The notes: a model not told the origin generated them from the sequence alone. 64,000 nucleotides of DNA from an uncultured Actinomycetes bacterium (GCA_963850315.1 CAWKKN010000001.1:219931-283930), one strand, 5' to 3'. Numbered from the stretch's first letter, positions 51,256 to 61,306 are shown. Numbers and translations are program-made.

Positions 51256-53552
51256 CTTGGCTCGGCCTTCGATTGACGCTTCGAAGCGGCAGAGAAGCGC
51301 TCGTCCGGCTTGCTCTCACGACGATCGCCGTCGCCATCGGCGTGAGCGTATTGCTTGGCGTGCTCGCCGAGTTTCACGCGTTTCAGATCACGAGCCGAAG
51401 GCCCTCGTGGGAATCGACGACGGCGATGCGCGGCCACCCCGCATCCAACGCGAACGTAGTGCTCTGGAACTTCAGCGAGAGCCTCTACCAGGGTCGTTTC
51501 ATCGAGCTGCTTGCCCTGGCGAGCCTCGGCCCGAACGCCCCAGTGATACAGGGCATCCCGAGGTTGCCGAAGAGCGGCGAGTTCTACGCATCGCCTGCGT
51601 TGGCAACGCTCCTTGCCACCGTGCCCCGTGATGAGCTGGGAGCTCGTTTCCCAGGTAGGCAGGTAGGTGTCATCGGGCAGGCCGCCCTCACCGGCCCAGA
51701 CGAGCTCGTCGCGATCGTGGGGTATGCGCCGGCCTCGCTCGCCGCGTTGCCGGATACGATCCGAGTGGACAAGATCGAGACGGCCCCACAGTCCCAAGGC
51801 ACGACCAACGTGTATCGCTTGGCGTTCGGCCTGGGTGCGATCGCGGTCCTGTTCCCACTCCTCATCTTGATCAGCACCGCGACCCGGCTTTCTGCCGCCC
51901 GCCGCGAGGAACGCTACGCAGCGATCCGACTGGTTGGAGGCACGCCGCGCCAGATCAACGCGATCGCCTCTGTTGACGCGGTGGTCGGAGCGCTGTTCGG
52001 GACGCTGCTCGGCATCGTGCTCTTCCTGTTGGTGCGCCCGGCGCTTGCGAGCCTCGCTCTTTCGGGGGTGCGGTTCTTCCCCGACTACGTCACGCCGACG
52101 ATCTGGGGATATGTGGCGATGATCGTCGTGGTTCCCGTCGGGGCCGCGGTTGCCTCGCTCGTGTCACTGCGGCGGGTGCAGATCTCTCCACTGGGGGTCA
52201 GCCGCAAGACGACGCCCCCCGCTCCCGGGCCGTGGCGGGTGATCCCGCTTCTGGTGGGGATCCCCCTGTTCCTCCATGCGGTCGTGACCCATTCGAACGA
52301 TCCCGAACAACTCCCTATCGGACAGGTGTGGGCCGGCCTGTTGCTGATCATGTTCGGGCTGGTGATCGGGGGTCCCTGGCTCACCATGCAGGCCGCCCGC
52401 GCCATGGGGAGCCTGTCCCGGGGAGTCTCATCGCTGCTGGCCGCTCGACGCCTGGGAGACAACCCGAAGGCCTCCTTCAGATCAGTGAGCGGGCTGGTGC
52501 TGGCGGTGTTCGTGGGTACGGGGATCGCCGTGCTTGCGCCGGCACTGAAAGCGGCCCAGAGCCCGACGAGCGGTGCCTCACTGAGCGACGTGTTGCGCGT
52601 CCCGGAGGCAGGGCTAACCCCTAGCACGCAAGCCAAGCTCGTAGGCGAGTCGCAGGCGTATCCGGGCGTTGCCGTGATCCCTATCTACGCCAACCCAGCC
52701 TTTGACCTTAAGCCTCCGCCACCACGGCCATCCTCGTCAGGAAGCCCTAGCGGGAGCAAGCCCGTGGTTCCGGGTGGCGGCTCCTCCTTCGACAGCGTCA
52801 TCGGGTGTGCGAGCCTCGAACACCTGCCTGTCCTTGGGAGGTGCCCACCTGGCGCTCACGCTGTGTTGACGGATGCGCAGACCCTGTTCACGGACAATCC
52901 TCTGTTCGTCTACAAGAACCTGCCGATCGTCGATGGCCGGAGTCCCGTGACCTCGGACAAGCTGAGCAGCCTTCCTCTCAGTTCGATGCTGGTGACGGCC
53001 AGCGAAGGCAATCTCGAGAGAGTCCGCACGTTCCTGACGAGATTCAACGCAACGCTTCCGATCGGAGGTCCCGGGGACCTTTCGGCATGGCAGTCGGGAT
53101 CGCTCGAACCCGAGACGTTCGGAGAGCTCGCGCAGATCAGGAACAACGACGCCAACAACGTGGTGCGGGTCGTCCTTGCCGTTCTCGGCCTGACCCTGCT
53201 CGTGGCGGGTTGCAGCCTCGCGGTGGCCGTGGGGGGAAGCCTCGTGGAACGCAAACGGCCATTCACGTTGCTGCGGGTGAGCGGAACACCGAGCAAGGTT
53301 CTACGCGGCGTGGTCCTCCTGGAGTCGGTACTTCCGCTGTTGGCGGCGTCCCTGGTCGCGGCGATCGCTGGTGTTGCCGTCGTTCGGCCATTCGTAGAGG
53401 CCTTGCTCCCGAGATACGCACACGTCGCGTATCCAGGTCTGATGTACTACTTGGTAATGGGCATTGGCTTCGTTGTCTCGTTGGGCGTGATCCTGATGAC
53501 GCTGCCTTTGTTGGGGCGCATCACTCGACCCGACAGCGCTCGGTTCGAGTAG
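51252..53552 (+). CDS. FtsX-like ABC transporter permease with two 4-TM modules
   Basis: GTG 51252 (GTGA overlap). 766 aa. RREERYAAIRLVGGTPRQI and KRPFTLLRVSGTPSKV follow the first TM of each module. Confidence 0.85.
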   Translation: MTWLGLRLTLRSGREALVRLALTTIAVAIGVSVLLGVLAEFHAFQITSRRPSWESTTAMRGHPASNANVVLWNFSESLYQGRFIELLALASLGPNAPVIQGIPRLPKSGEFYASPALATLLATVPRDELGARFPGRQVGVIGQAALTGPDELVAIVGYAPASLAALPDTIRVDKIETAPQSQGTTNVYRLAFGLGAIAVLFPLLILISTATRLSAARREERYAAIRLVGGTPRQINAIASVDAVVGALFGTLLGIVLFLLVRPALASLALSGVRFFPDYVTPTIWGYVAMIVVVPVGAAVASLVSLRRVQISPLGVSRKTTPPAPGPWRVIPLLVGIPLFLHAVVTHSNDPEQLPIGQVWAGLLLIMFGLVIGGPWLTMQAARAMGSLSRGVSSLLAARRLGDNPKASFRSVSGLVLAVFVGTGIAVLAPALKAAQSPTSGASLSDVLRVPEAGLTPSTQAKLVGESQAYPGVAVIPIYANPAFDLKPPPPRPSSSGSPSGSKPVVPGGGSSFDSVIGCASLEHLPVLGRCPPGAHAVLTDAQTLFTDNPLFVYKNLPIVDGRSPVTSDKLSSLPLSSMLVTASEGNLERVRTFLTRFNATLPIGGPGDLSAWQSGSLEPETFGELAQIRNNDANNVVRVVLAVLGLTLLVAGCSLAVAVGGSLVERKRPFTLLRVSGTPSKVLRGVVLLESVLPLLAASLVAAIAGVAVVRPFVEALLPRYAHVAYPGLMYYLVMGIGFVVSLGVILMTLPLLGRITRPDSARFE

Positions 53553-53886
53553 TCGTTGACTTATCCCCCGTCGGAATGTCCGGATGCCTTCCCTTCGCTC
53601 AAGTCTCCATACGCCTTCACGCTCCGCGCTCTCGTGGGCGCTCCGCTCCGGTCACTTCCCGCGTGTGCCGGTTTCGCGACAAGCGAACCACGCCTCTTAG
53701 CCGAGCCGGGGTGTCACTGCGTCATAGCTTCGCGCCCAAGCCAAATGCGAATCGGGAGGCAGGCCCCCCTCGGGTGCGAGTGTGATACATCCTCGTCACG
53801 TCCGAAGCCGAAGAGCCGACGCGACATGATGTCCGCCTTCCGAGGGCTCGTAAACAGCCTTGGCACGTTGCGTGTCCATGCGGTAG

Positions 53887-54405
53887 ATGGAAAGCCCTGT
53901 GGAGTTGGAGATCGGGATCGTGGCCTCGCACACGGCGACCTTCGAGTCGCTGTTCTCCGGCGAGCGCCACCGGCTGTTCTCCTCGCTCTGGCTGATCACC
54001 CGCGACCGCCAGGAGGCCGAGGACGTGGCCCAGGAGGCCTTCGTGAAGGTCTGGGAGCGGTGGGAACGCCGCGGCGCTCCGGACGACCCGACGGCGTACC
54101 TCTTCCGCACCGCCATGAACATCCTTCGCAACCGCCGCCGCCGGGCGGCGGTGGCCCTGCGCAATGCCGTCTCGAGGCCGGAGTCGCGCGACGAGCTGGC
54201 GGTCGTCGAGGCCCGGGACGTCGTGATGCGAGCGCTCGACGAGCTCACGCCTCGGCAGCGCGCCGCGATCGTATTGATGGACCTGTTGGACATGTCGTCG
54301 GATGAGGCAGCTCGGGCCCTCGGGGTCCGGCCGTCGACCGTGCGCGTGCTCGCCGCCCGAGGCCGCACGACCCTTTCGGAACAGATCGGAGCCACCGATG
54401 GATGA
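53887..54405 (+). CDS. ECF-type RNA polymerase sigma factor
   Basis: Region 2 AEDVAQEAFVKVWERW. Region 4 MSSDEAARALGVRPSTVRVLAARGR. Confidence 0.85.
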   Translation: MESPVELEIGIVASHTATFESLFSGERHRLFSSLWLITRDRQEAEDVAQEAFVKVWERWERRGAPDDPTAYLFRTAMNILRNRRRRAAVALRNAVSRPESRDELAVVEARDVVMRALDELTPRQRAAIVLMDLLDMSSDEAARALGVRPSTVRVLAARGRTTLSEQIGATDG

Positions 54406-55315
54406 CACGAGGCGCCTCCTCGAACGAGCCCGGAGCATCGCGCCCGAGCCGCTGTTCACGCTCGAGGACGTCTCCGAGCGACGCGTGCGCCGCGCCCAGC
54501 GCCGGCGCCTCAGCGCCGCGGTCGTGGGCCTGGCCATCACGGTCGCGATCGTTGGTGGGGCCGTGTCCGCGATGGAGGCCTCGCCGGTCCATCGCGCGGT
54601 CACCAACCCCGGCGCAGGCAGCGGGCTACCAGCCCCACGGCGCACGGTCACGCTCGGCCCGGGCGAGTACTCGTACCAGCGGATCCGCATCCAGGAGGGC
54701 TGCCCTTCCTGCGGGGGTGCAGTGGACCTTCAGGTGGCATCGTGGTGGCGGTCCGACAACTCAGGCCGGATCGACGTGATGAAGGCCGCGAACTACGGGA
54801 TCCAGGGCGGCGTGTTCGGCCCTGGGCAGTTCCCAGACGAGGGCGATCTCTCTGCGTTCCCCACGGACCCCGCAGCCCTCGAAGCCTTCTTGCTGACGCG
54901 GAGCGGCCCGGGGGGCGCCTCGCCCCGCCCCGATGTCACGCCGGCTCCCGGGGTGCCGCTCCAGGACGGGCAGCTCTGGCTCGCGATCCACGACTACCTC
55001 GGCTCGACCCAGTACCTGAACGCGACCCCGGAGCTGCGCGCGGCCATGCTTCAGGTCCTCTCCGCGGACCCGATGGTGAGCGTGCATCGGGGGACCACCG
55101 ATCCGCTCGGTCGGGCCGCCGTCGCGCTGACCTTCCACGCCTACGGTGCGGATGTCTCGGTCTTCGTCGATCCCACGACCGGCGACTTCCTGGCGTCCAC
55201 GGATCGGTTCGCTGACGGGGGCACTGGGTCGGTCGTGGTGGAAGACGCCGGCATCGTCGACAGCGACAACGCCCTGCCACAAGGTCCCGACCAGACGGTT
55301 CCGCCCGCTGCCTGA
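54398..55315 (+). CDS. Single-pass membrane protein downstream of the ECF sigma (putative anti-sigma or sigma-associated)
   Basis: ATG 54398 overlaps the sigma 3' end by 8 nt. TM helix LSAAVVGLAITVAIVGGAV. The C-domain is unassigned. Confidence 0.6.
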   Translation: MDDTRRLLERARSIAPEPLFTLEDVSERRVRRAQRRRLSAAVVGLAITVAIVGGAVSAMEASPVHRAVTNPGAGSGLPAPRRTVTLGPGEYSYQRIRIQEGCPSCGGAVDLQVASWWRSDNSGRIDVMKAANYGIQGGVFGPGQFPDEGDLSAFPTDPAALEAFLLTRSGPGGASPRPDVTPAPGVPLQDGQLWLAIHDYLGSTQYLNATPELRAAMLQVLSADPMVSVHRGTTDPLGRAAVALTFHAYGADVSVFVDPTTGDFLASTDRFADGGTGSVVVEDAGIVDSDNALPQGPDQTVPPAA

Positions 55316-55361
55316 GCGCCCCAGAGCGCCCAAGGCGGGGCGACTCGGCGTGGCCCAGCGC

Positions 55362-55583
55362 ATGGGGCGAGTACTCAGGAAGAAGGCCGACGGACGCGCC
55401 GCCAGGTTCGCGATCGTCTATGTCGAAGGCACGAGCGAGGACCCAGCAACCGGAGCCCACGAGGCTTTCCTTGACGAGCTGCTACTGGTTGCTCAGGAGA
55501 AGCCCCGAACGTTCACCCTGTCGACATCCCACCCAGAGGAGTTGAGTCGATACCTTGCTGCGCCTGTTGATCCGACCCTGTAG
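55362..55583 (+). CDS. Hypothetical 73-aa protein
   Basis: ATG 55362. Non-repetitive composition (FAIVYVEGTSEDPATGAHEAFLDELLLVAQEK). No motif recognised and no clear RBS. Confidence 0.25.
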   Translation: MGRVLRKKADGRAARFAIVYVEGTSEDPATGAHEAFLDELLLVAQEKPRTFTLSTSHPEELSRYLAAPVDPTL

Positions 55584-55680
55584 CACCCAGCGACACGGAA
55601 GCAGACAGCCAGGCCCACCCGCAAGGAGCCCTCAAGCTTTCGCCGGGTAGTACCAAGATCATCCGAGGTTCGTCGATGCC

Positions 55681-57275
55681 TCAGTGGGCGCCCTCACCAG
55701 CGGGATCCAGCGCTGGGAAGAGATGCCATGACACGTCCCGCAGGACCTCGATGATCAGTTCACCGGTGGGTTCGACGTTGGGATCGTCGAGCTGCGGGGG
55801 AAGCTTCACGCCCATCGCCCTCGCCTGCGCGATGACGCCGGGTCCGGCATCCTTCCCCAGCCCGCTGATCGCCTTGCCGATGGCCTCTTCATCCATCGCC
55901 CATGCACCCACGGGAAGGGCCTCGATCGTGGCCCACTCCTCGGGGTTACGGGGCACTTCTCGGCTGAACACCTCTTCGAACGTGCGAGCGGAGGCGTCGC
56001 GCTGGGTGAACGGCTCGCCGAGGTTCCACACCTTGCGCAACGTCGCGATGAGCGAGGTGTGACGGAACTCCTCGTTGTAGACCGAGCCCGGTTCGACCCA
56101 GGGCGAGACCATGATCGCGGGCACGCGGTAGCCGGAACGGTCGAACTTGAAGCCGAACTCTCCCTTCGGCGCCGAGGGATCGGGCGGTGGAACCGCGCCG
56201 GGCGGGACATGGTCATAGGTGCCACCCGGCTCATCCCATCCGATGAGTAGCGACGTGTTCCACACGTTGGTGCCCGAGGGTGAGGTCGCCGAGCGGTAGG
56301 CGTTGAACACCCGCTCCAAGAAGGCCTCCCCGGACAGGATCGAAGACGGTGGGTCGATCTCGATGTTGAGCTGATGGCCCATGCCCGCCCGGCCGCCGGG
56401 TGATAGTCGCCGTGACCGTTGATGAAGTTCGGCTCGATGAATGAGAAGTCGGGCAAGGTCCCGGCCGCAGCGTCCTTCTCGAACTCGGAGAACGGGACGA
56501 AGTGCGTCGCCAGGCGATCCTTCAGCTGGGAGAAGTGGATGATGCCGACGAAGGACAGCGGCATCGGCTCCATGACGTAGACCTTCCAAGTCTTACCGTG
56601 GGCTTCCAGCCGTTCGAAGATCGTCTCGGCCTCGTTCTGCGTGAACCACTTCTTCGCGGGGCTGTTGACGACCAGTCCCGATGAGGTCGCCGCCGTCCAG
56701 AACGAGCGGTTCATGAAGGTCTGGGAGGGCACCTCGCAGAACCAGTGGTCGAAGACCCCGAACTCGCGGGCGATCCCGTTCAGCACCGGAACCTGCTCGG
56801 GGGTAAACCCGGTCATGATGTGCGCATACTCGTCATACGTGGGTTGGCGGCCCATCTCACCGGTGAACGTGCTGATGTAGTCGGTGACGAACCCGTCCAT
56901 CGTGGGTGTCGCGCCGGTCGGTGGCGCGTTCCACGGCTTCGTCACGCCCCCGCCGACCTTGAAGCGGTTGTGCTCGTCCATCGTGCCGAACAGCTGCGTG
57001 TTCGTGTGAAACCACTCCTCGCCCGAGTCCGGGTTGGGCGAGTCCATGTCGGTGGCGATGGTGTAGGGCACGACCTTTCGGTCGGCGCCGTGCTCGGCCC
57101 ACTCGGGGATCGGGTTACTCAAGTCCTTGCCGATGACGCCGTCGAAGGTCTTGCCATCCTCAGGGCCGTAGAGGCGCCCGAGCACGTTGTCCAAGGAGCG
57201 GTTCTCGAAGAGCACCACGACGATGTGGTCAAGAGCGCTGGCGCGAGTTGCTGTGTGGGACATGCCAACATCCAT
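55681..57275 (-). CDS. Phosphoesterase-family protein (phospholipase C / acid phosphatase AcpA family); frame broken at 56378-56400
   Basis: N-part: IVVVLFENRSLDNVLG and FDHWFCEVPSQTFMNRSF. C-part in another frame: NTSLLIGWDEPGGTYDHVPP and YRVPAIMVSPW. Start is ATG 57275 or 57263. No signal peptide is evident. Confidence 0.8.
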
Positions 57276-57362
57276 CCGTTGAGTGCGCCTGAGAGGACGA
57301 GTTACTGTCCCACATGTCGAAACTTCGGTCGTTGTCCAAACGCAGACGCTGACTGGAGCCAG

Positions 57363-57423
57363 CACGGATCCGTGGTTGCTTGGGGCGAGGCCCCTACGGG
57401 GGAGTCTGTCTTCGCCCCAAGCA
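57363..57423. promoter_or_regulatory. Palindrome CACGGATCCGTG followed by a 12-bp perfect stem-loop with a nested CCCC/GGGG hairpin, in the divergent intergenic region upstream of the REC-EAL gene
   Basis: Palindrome at 57363-57374. Stem 57377-57388 pairs with 57412-57423. The 23-nt loop contains CCCCtacGGGG. Confidence 0.3.
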
Positions 57424-57539
57424 CCAGCCGCGAGGGGAGAACGGGGAGGTGCGTTACGGCAACGGCCAAACCACCCACCCGGCCCAAGGAGCCCTTCGGG
57501 TACTTGAGGCGGCCCGCCGAGCCGGGTAGCGTCCCCCCG

Positions 57540-58755
57540 ATGGCCCTCGGCACTTCCCCCTACGCAGGCGGCAGCTCGCAATCAGACATCACCGTGCTCA
57601 TCGCCGACGATGAGCCAGCGCTTCGAGGGGCCCTCGCCGAGCTGCTCGCCCACGAGGACGGGGTGGTGCTGATCGGCACCGCGGGAGACGCGGACGAGGC
57701 GATCCAGCTGGCGGACGACGCGCGCCCCGACGTGGCACTCGTGGATGTGAAGATGCCGGCCGGGGGCGGGCCGCGAGCGGCGCGCGAGATCGTCCGCGTC
57801 TCCCCTTTCACACGGGTCATCGCTCTGAGCGCGTTCGAGGACCGCCCCACCGTGCTGGAGATGCTGCGCGCCGGCGCGGTCGGCTACCTCGTGAAAGGTA
57901 CCGGCGCCGACGAGATCGTGGGTTCCATCGAGCGGGTGATGAGCGGTGGCGCGAGCCTGTCGGCCGAGGTGATGGGCGGCATCGTGCAGGAGCTCACATC
58001 CCAGCTCCGGCGTGAGGAGATCCAACAGGAGCAGGAGGAGGCGCGTCGCGGCGAGATCGAGCGATTCGTCGCGGGAGACGGCCTATCCATGGTCTACCAG
58101 CCGATCGTCGACCTGCATACCGACGAGGTCGTGGGAGTCGAGGCGCTTGCGCGCTTCCGTTCGCTTCCCCTGCGTCCACCGAACGAGTGGTTCGCCGAGG
58201 CCGTGGAGCTGGAGCTGGGCGTGCAGCTTGAGATGGCGAGCGTGCGCCAGGCGCTGCGCGTGCTGCCGGGCCTGCCTGAGAACGCCTATCTCTCGATCAA
58301 CTGCTCACATCGCGCGGCGGCATCCCCCCAGTTCGGGTCTCTCTTTGTCCCTGGACGCTCGGCGCCTCGTGCTCGAGATCACCGAGCACGAGGCGGTCGA
58401 GGACTACGACTCATTGATCGACGCACTGCAGGACCTGCGTGCGCAGGGTGTTCGGGTGGCGATCGACGACGCCGGCGCGGGGTTCGCGAGCATGCGCCAC
58501 ACGCTGCAGATCGCTCCGGACATCGTGAAGCTCGACCTTTCGCTCACCCACGGCATCGACTCCGACCATGCGCGCCAGGCGCTCGCCACCGCCCTGGTTT
58601 CCTTCGCCGAGGAGATGGGGATCACGATCGTAGCCGAGGGCATCGAGACCGAAGCCCAGCTCGCGAAGCTCATCGACCTCGGCGTTCGATACGGGCAAGG
58701 CTTCTACTTGGCGGAGCCCGCGCCCCGCTACCCACCGCCCGTCGGCTCCGGGTAG
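57540..58755 (+). CDS. Response regulator receiver + EAL (c-di-GMP phosphodiesterase) protein; frame broken near C-run 58324-58329
   Basis: REC: VLIADDEP, DVALVDVKMP, IALSAF. EAL: YQPIVDL, VGVEALARF. After the frame change: LEITEHE, IDDAGAGF, VKLD, AEGIET, GQGFY. Confidence 0.85.
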
Positions 58756-58795
58756 AACCGGGTCAAGGGTTGAAGCACGGGGGATCGGTGACGAA

Positions 58796-59758
58796 CTACG
58801 AGGTGCGACGGTCGATCGCCCAGGAGGAGCCGTTGACGCCCTTCGTGAACTGCTTCATCTCCGCAGCCACGGCGACGGCCTCGGCGTAGTGCTGGAACGC
58901 GCGCTGGTCGGTGGTGGCGATGCCGATGGAGATGGTGAGGACGGGGAACCGTTGCAGCTCGCCGCGGCGATTGACGACCTCGATGAACCCTCGCTCGCGA
59001 TCCTCGCCGTCGTAGAGCTCCCCCGCCATCTTGTCGAAGCGGTCGACGATCGACTGGGCCACGGTGGCGGCCTTCTCCGGCGAGACGACGACCACGAAGT
59101 CGTCACCTCCCACGTGTCCGATGAACGCCGCGCCGCCCGAGAGCTCGCGGGCCACATCCTCGATCATGCGCGCGGTGGCCTGGATCCCCTGATCGCCCCG
59201 CATGAAGCCGTAATGGTCGTTGAACGACTTGAAGTTGTCGAGGTCCGCGTACAGGATCGCGAACGGGATCTGCTGCTCGACACGGGCGTCGATCTCCTCC
59301 TCGATACGGACGTTGCCCGGCAGGCCCGTGAGGGGCGACTGGGCGCGCATGTCGCGCGAGCGCCTCAGCACGCCCCGGATCCGCGCCAGCAGCTCGGGCG
59401 TGTCGAAAGGCTTGACGATGTAGTCGTCCGCGCCGATCGCGAAGCCCTCGAGCTTGTCGGCGGAGAGGCCGCGCGCCGTGAGCATGATGATCGACACACC
59501 GGCGGTCCGAGGATCCTGGCGCAGCCGCCGGGTCAGTTCGAAGCCGTCCATGTTGGGCATCATCACGTCGGCCAGGACGAGGTCTGGGCTGCGCTCCTGG
59601 GCGGACTCCAGCGCCTGCACGCCGTCGCTTGCCACACGGACGTCGTAGCCCGCGGCCTTCAGCTCGATCTCCAGCAGGCGTGCGATGAACGGGTCGTCGT
59701 CGACGACCAGCAGGCTCTCGCCGCCCCCCGGTTCCTCGTTCGGTTGCTGATCGATCAC
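58796..59758 (-). CDS. Response regulator receiver + GGDEF-type domain with GGDDF motif
   Basis: GTG 59758 follows GGAGTGAGG. REC: LLVVDDDP, DLVLADVMMP, YIVKPF. GGDEF: LTGLPGN, YADLDNFKSFNDHYGF, GHVGGDDFVVV, SIGIA. Confidence 0.85.
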   Translation of the reverse strand: MIDQQPNEEPGGGESLLVVDDDPFIARLLEIELKAAGYDVRVASDGVQALESAQERSPDLVLADVMMPNMDGFELTRRLRQDPRTAGVSIIMLTARGLSADKLEGFAIGADDYIVKPFDTPELLARIRGVLRRSRDMRAQSPLTGLPGNVRIEEEIDARVEQQIPFAILYADLDNFKSFNDHYGFMRGDQGIQATARMIEDVARELSGGAAFIGHVGGDDFVVVVSPEKAATVAQSIVDRFDKMAGELYDGEDRERGFIEVVNRRGELQRFPVLTISIGIATTDQRAFQHYAEAVAVAAEMKQFTKGVNGSSWAIDRRTS

Positions 59759-59927
59759 GCCCTCACTCCGTGCCGACGACCACGCGTACCGCGTGTCCCA
59801 ACTGAATCGGCACTTTACCCCCGGAGGTGTAGTCGCCCGTGTAACGGAGTCCCGGATACCGGCCCCGGCAGGCCGTGGGACGATAGGCTGCACGCGGCCA
59901 ACGAGGCGGCCAAGCGGAAAGGGCCGG

Positions 59928-61302
59928 ATGCAAGCGCTCGACACGTTCCTGGACGCGATGGGGCAGACACCTCTCGTCCGTCTCCATCAGGTCGCCCGCG
60001 GCGTGCGGCCGGCCGTCTACGCGAAGCTCGAGATGCTGAATCCCGGCGGGAGCGTCAAGGATCGCATCGGGATCCGGATGATCGAAGCGGCCGAGCGCCA
60101 AGGACTGTTGAAGCCGGGCGGCACCATCGTGGAGCCGACCTCGGGCAACACGGGGCACGGGCTCGCGATCGCGGCCGCGATCCGCGGATACAAGTGCATC
60201 TTCGTCATGCCCGACAAGATGAGTCAGGAGAAGATCGGCCTGCTGCGCGCGTACGGTGCGGAGGTGATCGTGACGCCCACTGCCGTGGCGCCCGAGTCGC
60301 CCGAGAGTTACTACCGGGTCGCGGAGCGACTGGCCGCCGAGATCCCGGGGGCGTTCCAGCCCAACCAGTACTTCAACCCCGAGAACCCGCAGGCACACTA
60401 CGAGACGACCGGCCCTGAGCTGTGGGAGCAGACGGACGGGGAGATCGACGTGTTCGTGGCGGGCGTGGGGACGGGGGGCACGATCAGCGGGGTCGGCCGC
60501 TACCTCAAGGAACGCAAGCCGGAGGTCACGGTCGTCGGCGCCGACCCCGAAGGCTCCGTCTACTCCGGCGACGAGCCGCGCCCCTACCTCGTGGAGGGCA
60601 TCGGGGAGGACTTCTGGCCCGAGACGTTCGATCCCGACGTGGTCGATCGCTACGTGAAGGTCTCCGATCGCGACTCCTTCCTCACCGCCCGGGCCGTGAC
60701 GCGGCGTGAAGGGATCCTCGTCGGGCGGATCGGGCGGCACCGCGGTGTTCGCCGCGCTGCAGGTGGCTCGCGAGCTGGACGAGACGAAGAACGTCGTCGT
60801 GTTGCTCCCCGACACCGGACGCCAGTACCTGTCGAAGATCTACTCGGACTCGTGGATGCTCCAGCACGGGATGCTCGATCGCCCCGAGGTGATCCGTGTG
60901 GAGGAGGTGCTCGCTGCGAAGGGGCACACGCTGCCGTCGCTCATCACGGTGGGCGCCCACCAGAAGGTGCGTCAGGCCGTCGACACGCTCCAGCGCCACT
61001 CCATCAGTCAGGCTCCGGTCGTGCGGGAAGACTCCGCCGACGTCGCTCAGTTCGTCGGCGCCATCCGGGACCGCGAGCTACTGGAGCGCATCTTCCGAGA
61101 CCCCGACGCGCTGCAGGCCGACGTCGCCGAGGTGATGGCGCCGCCGATCGCCATGGTCGAGTGGAGCGACCCGGTGGAGTCTGCGTTCGCGGAGCTCGAA
61201 CACGCGTCGGCGGTCCTCGTGGCCCAGCAAGGCCAGGTGCGCGGCGTCCTGACCCGCAGCGACCTCCTGGACTTCCTGGCCCACCGCCGGCAGGCGCCCT
61301 AG
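59928..61302 (+). CDS. cbs: Cystathionine beta-synthase (PLP domain + C-terminal CBS pair); frame broken at GGG 60723-60725
   Basis: EMLNPGGSVKDR (PLP Lys), TSGNTG, GVGTGGTISG. After the frame change: [24 protein letters not shown], then two CBS motifs. Confidence 0.9.
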
Positions 61303-61306
61303 CCAC

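Noticed and set aside
42915-57300. Genomic island or integrative mobile element
   Set aside because: The GC content is lower and the genes look accessory. However, I found no integrase, transposase, relaxase, phage gene, tRNA target or flanking direct repeats. I describe it only as a variable, decaying region.
57276-57539. c-di-GMP (GEMM-type) riboswitch upstream of the REC-EAL gene
   Set aside because: The hairpins do not match the GEMM-I or GEMM-II conserved cores as I remember them. I kept the element as an unexplained structure and did not call it a riboswitch.
59759-59927. SAM/SAH-type riboswitch in the divergent region upstream of cbs
   Set aside because: I could not draw the conserved helices or recognise the core nucleotides of the SAM-I, SAM-IV or SAH classes. 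An Infernal scan would be needed. No claim is made.
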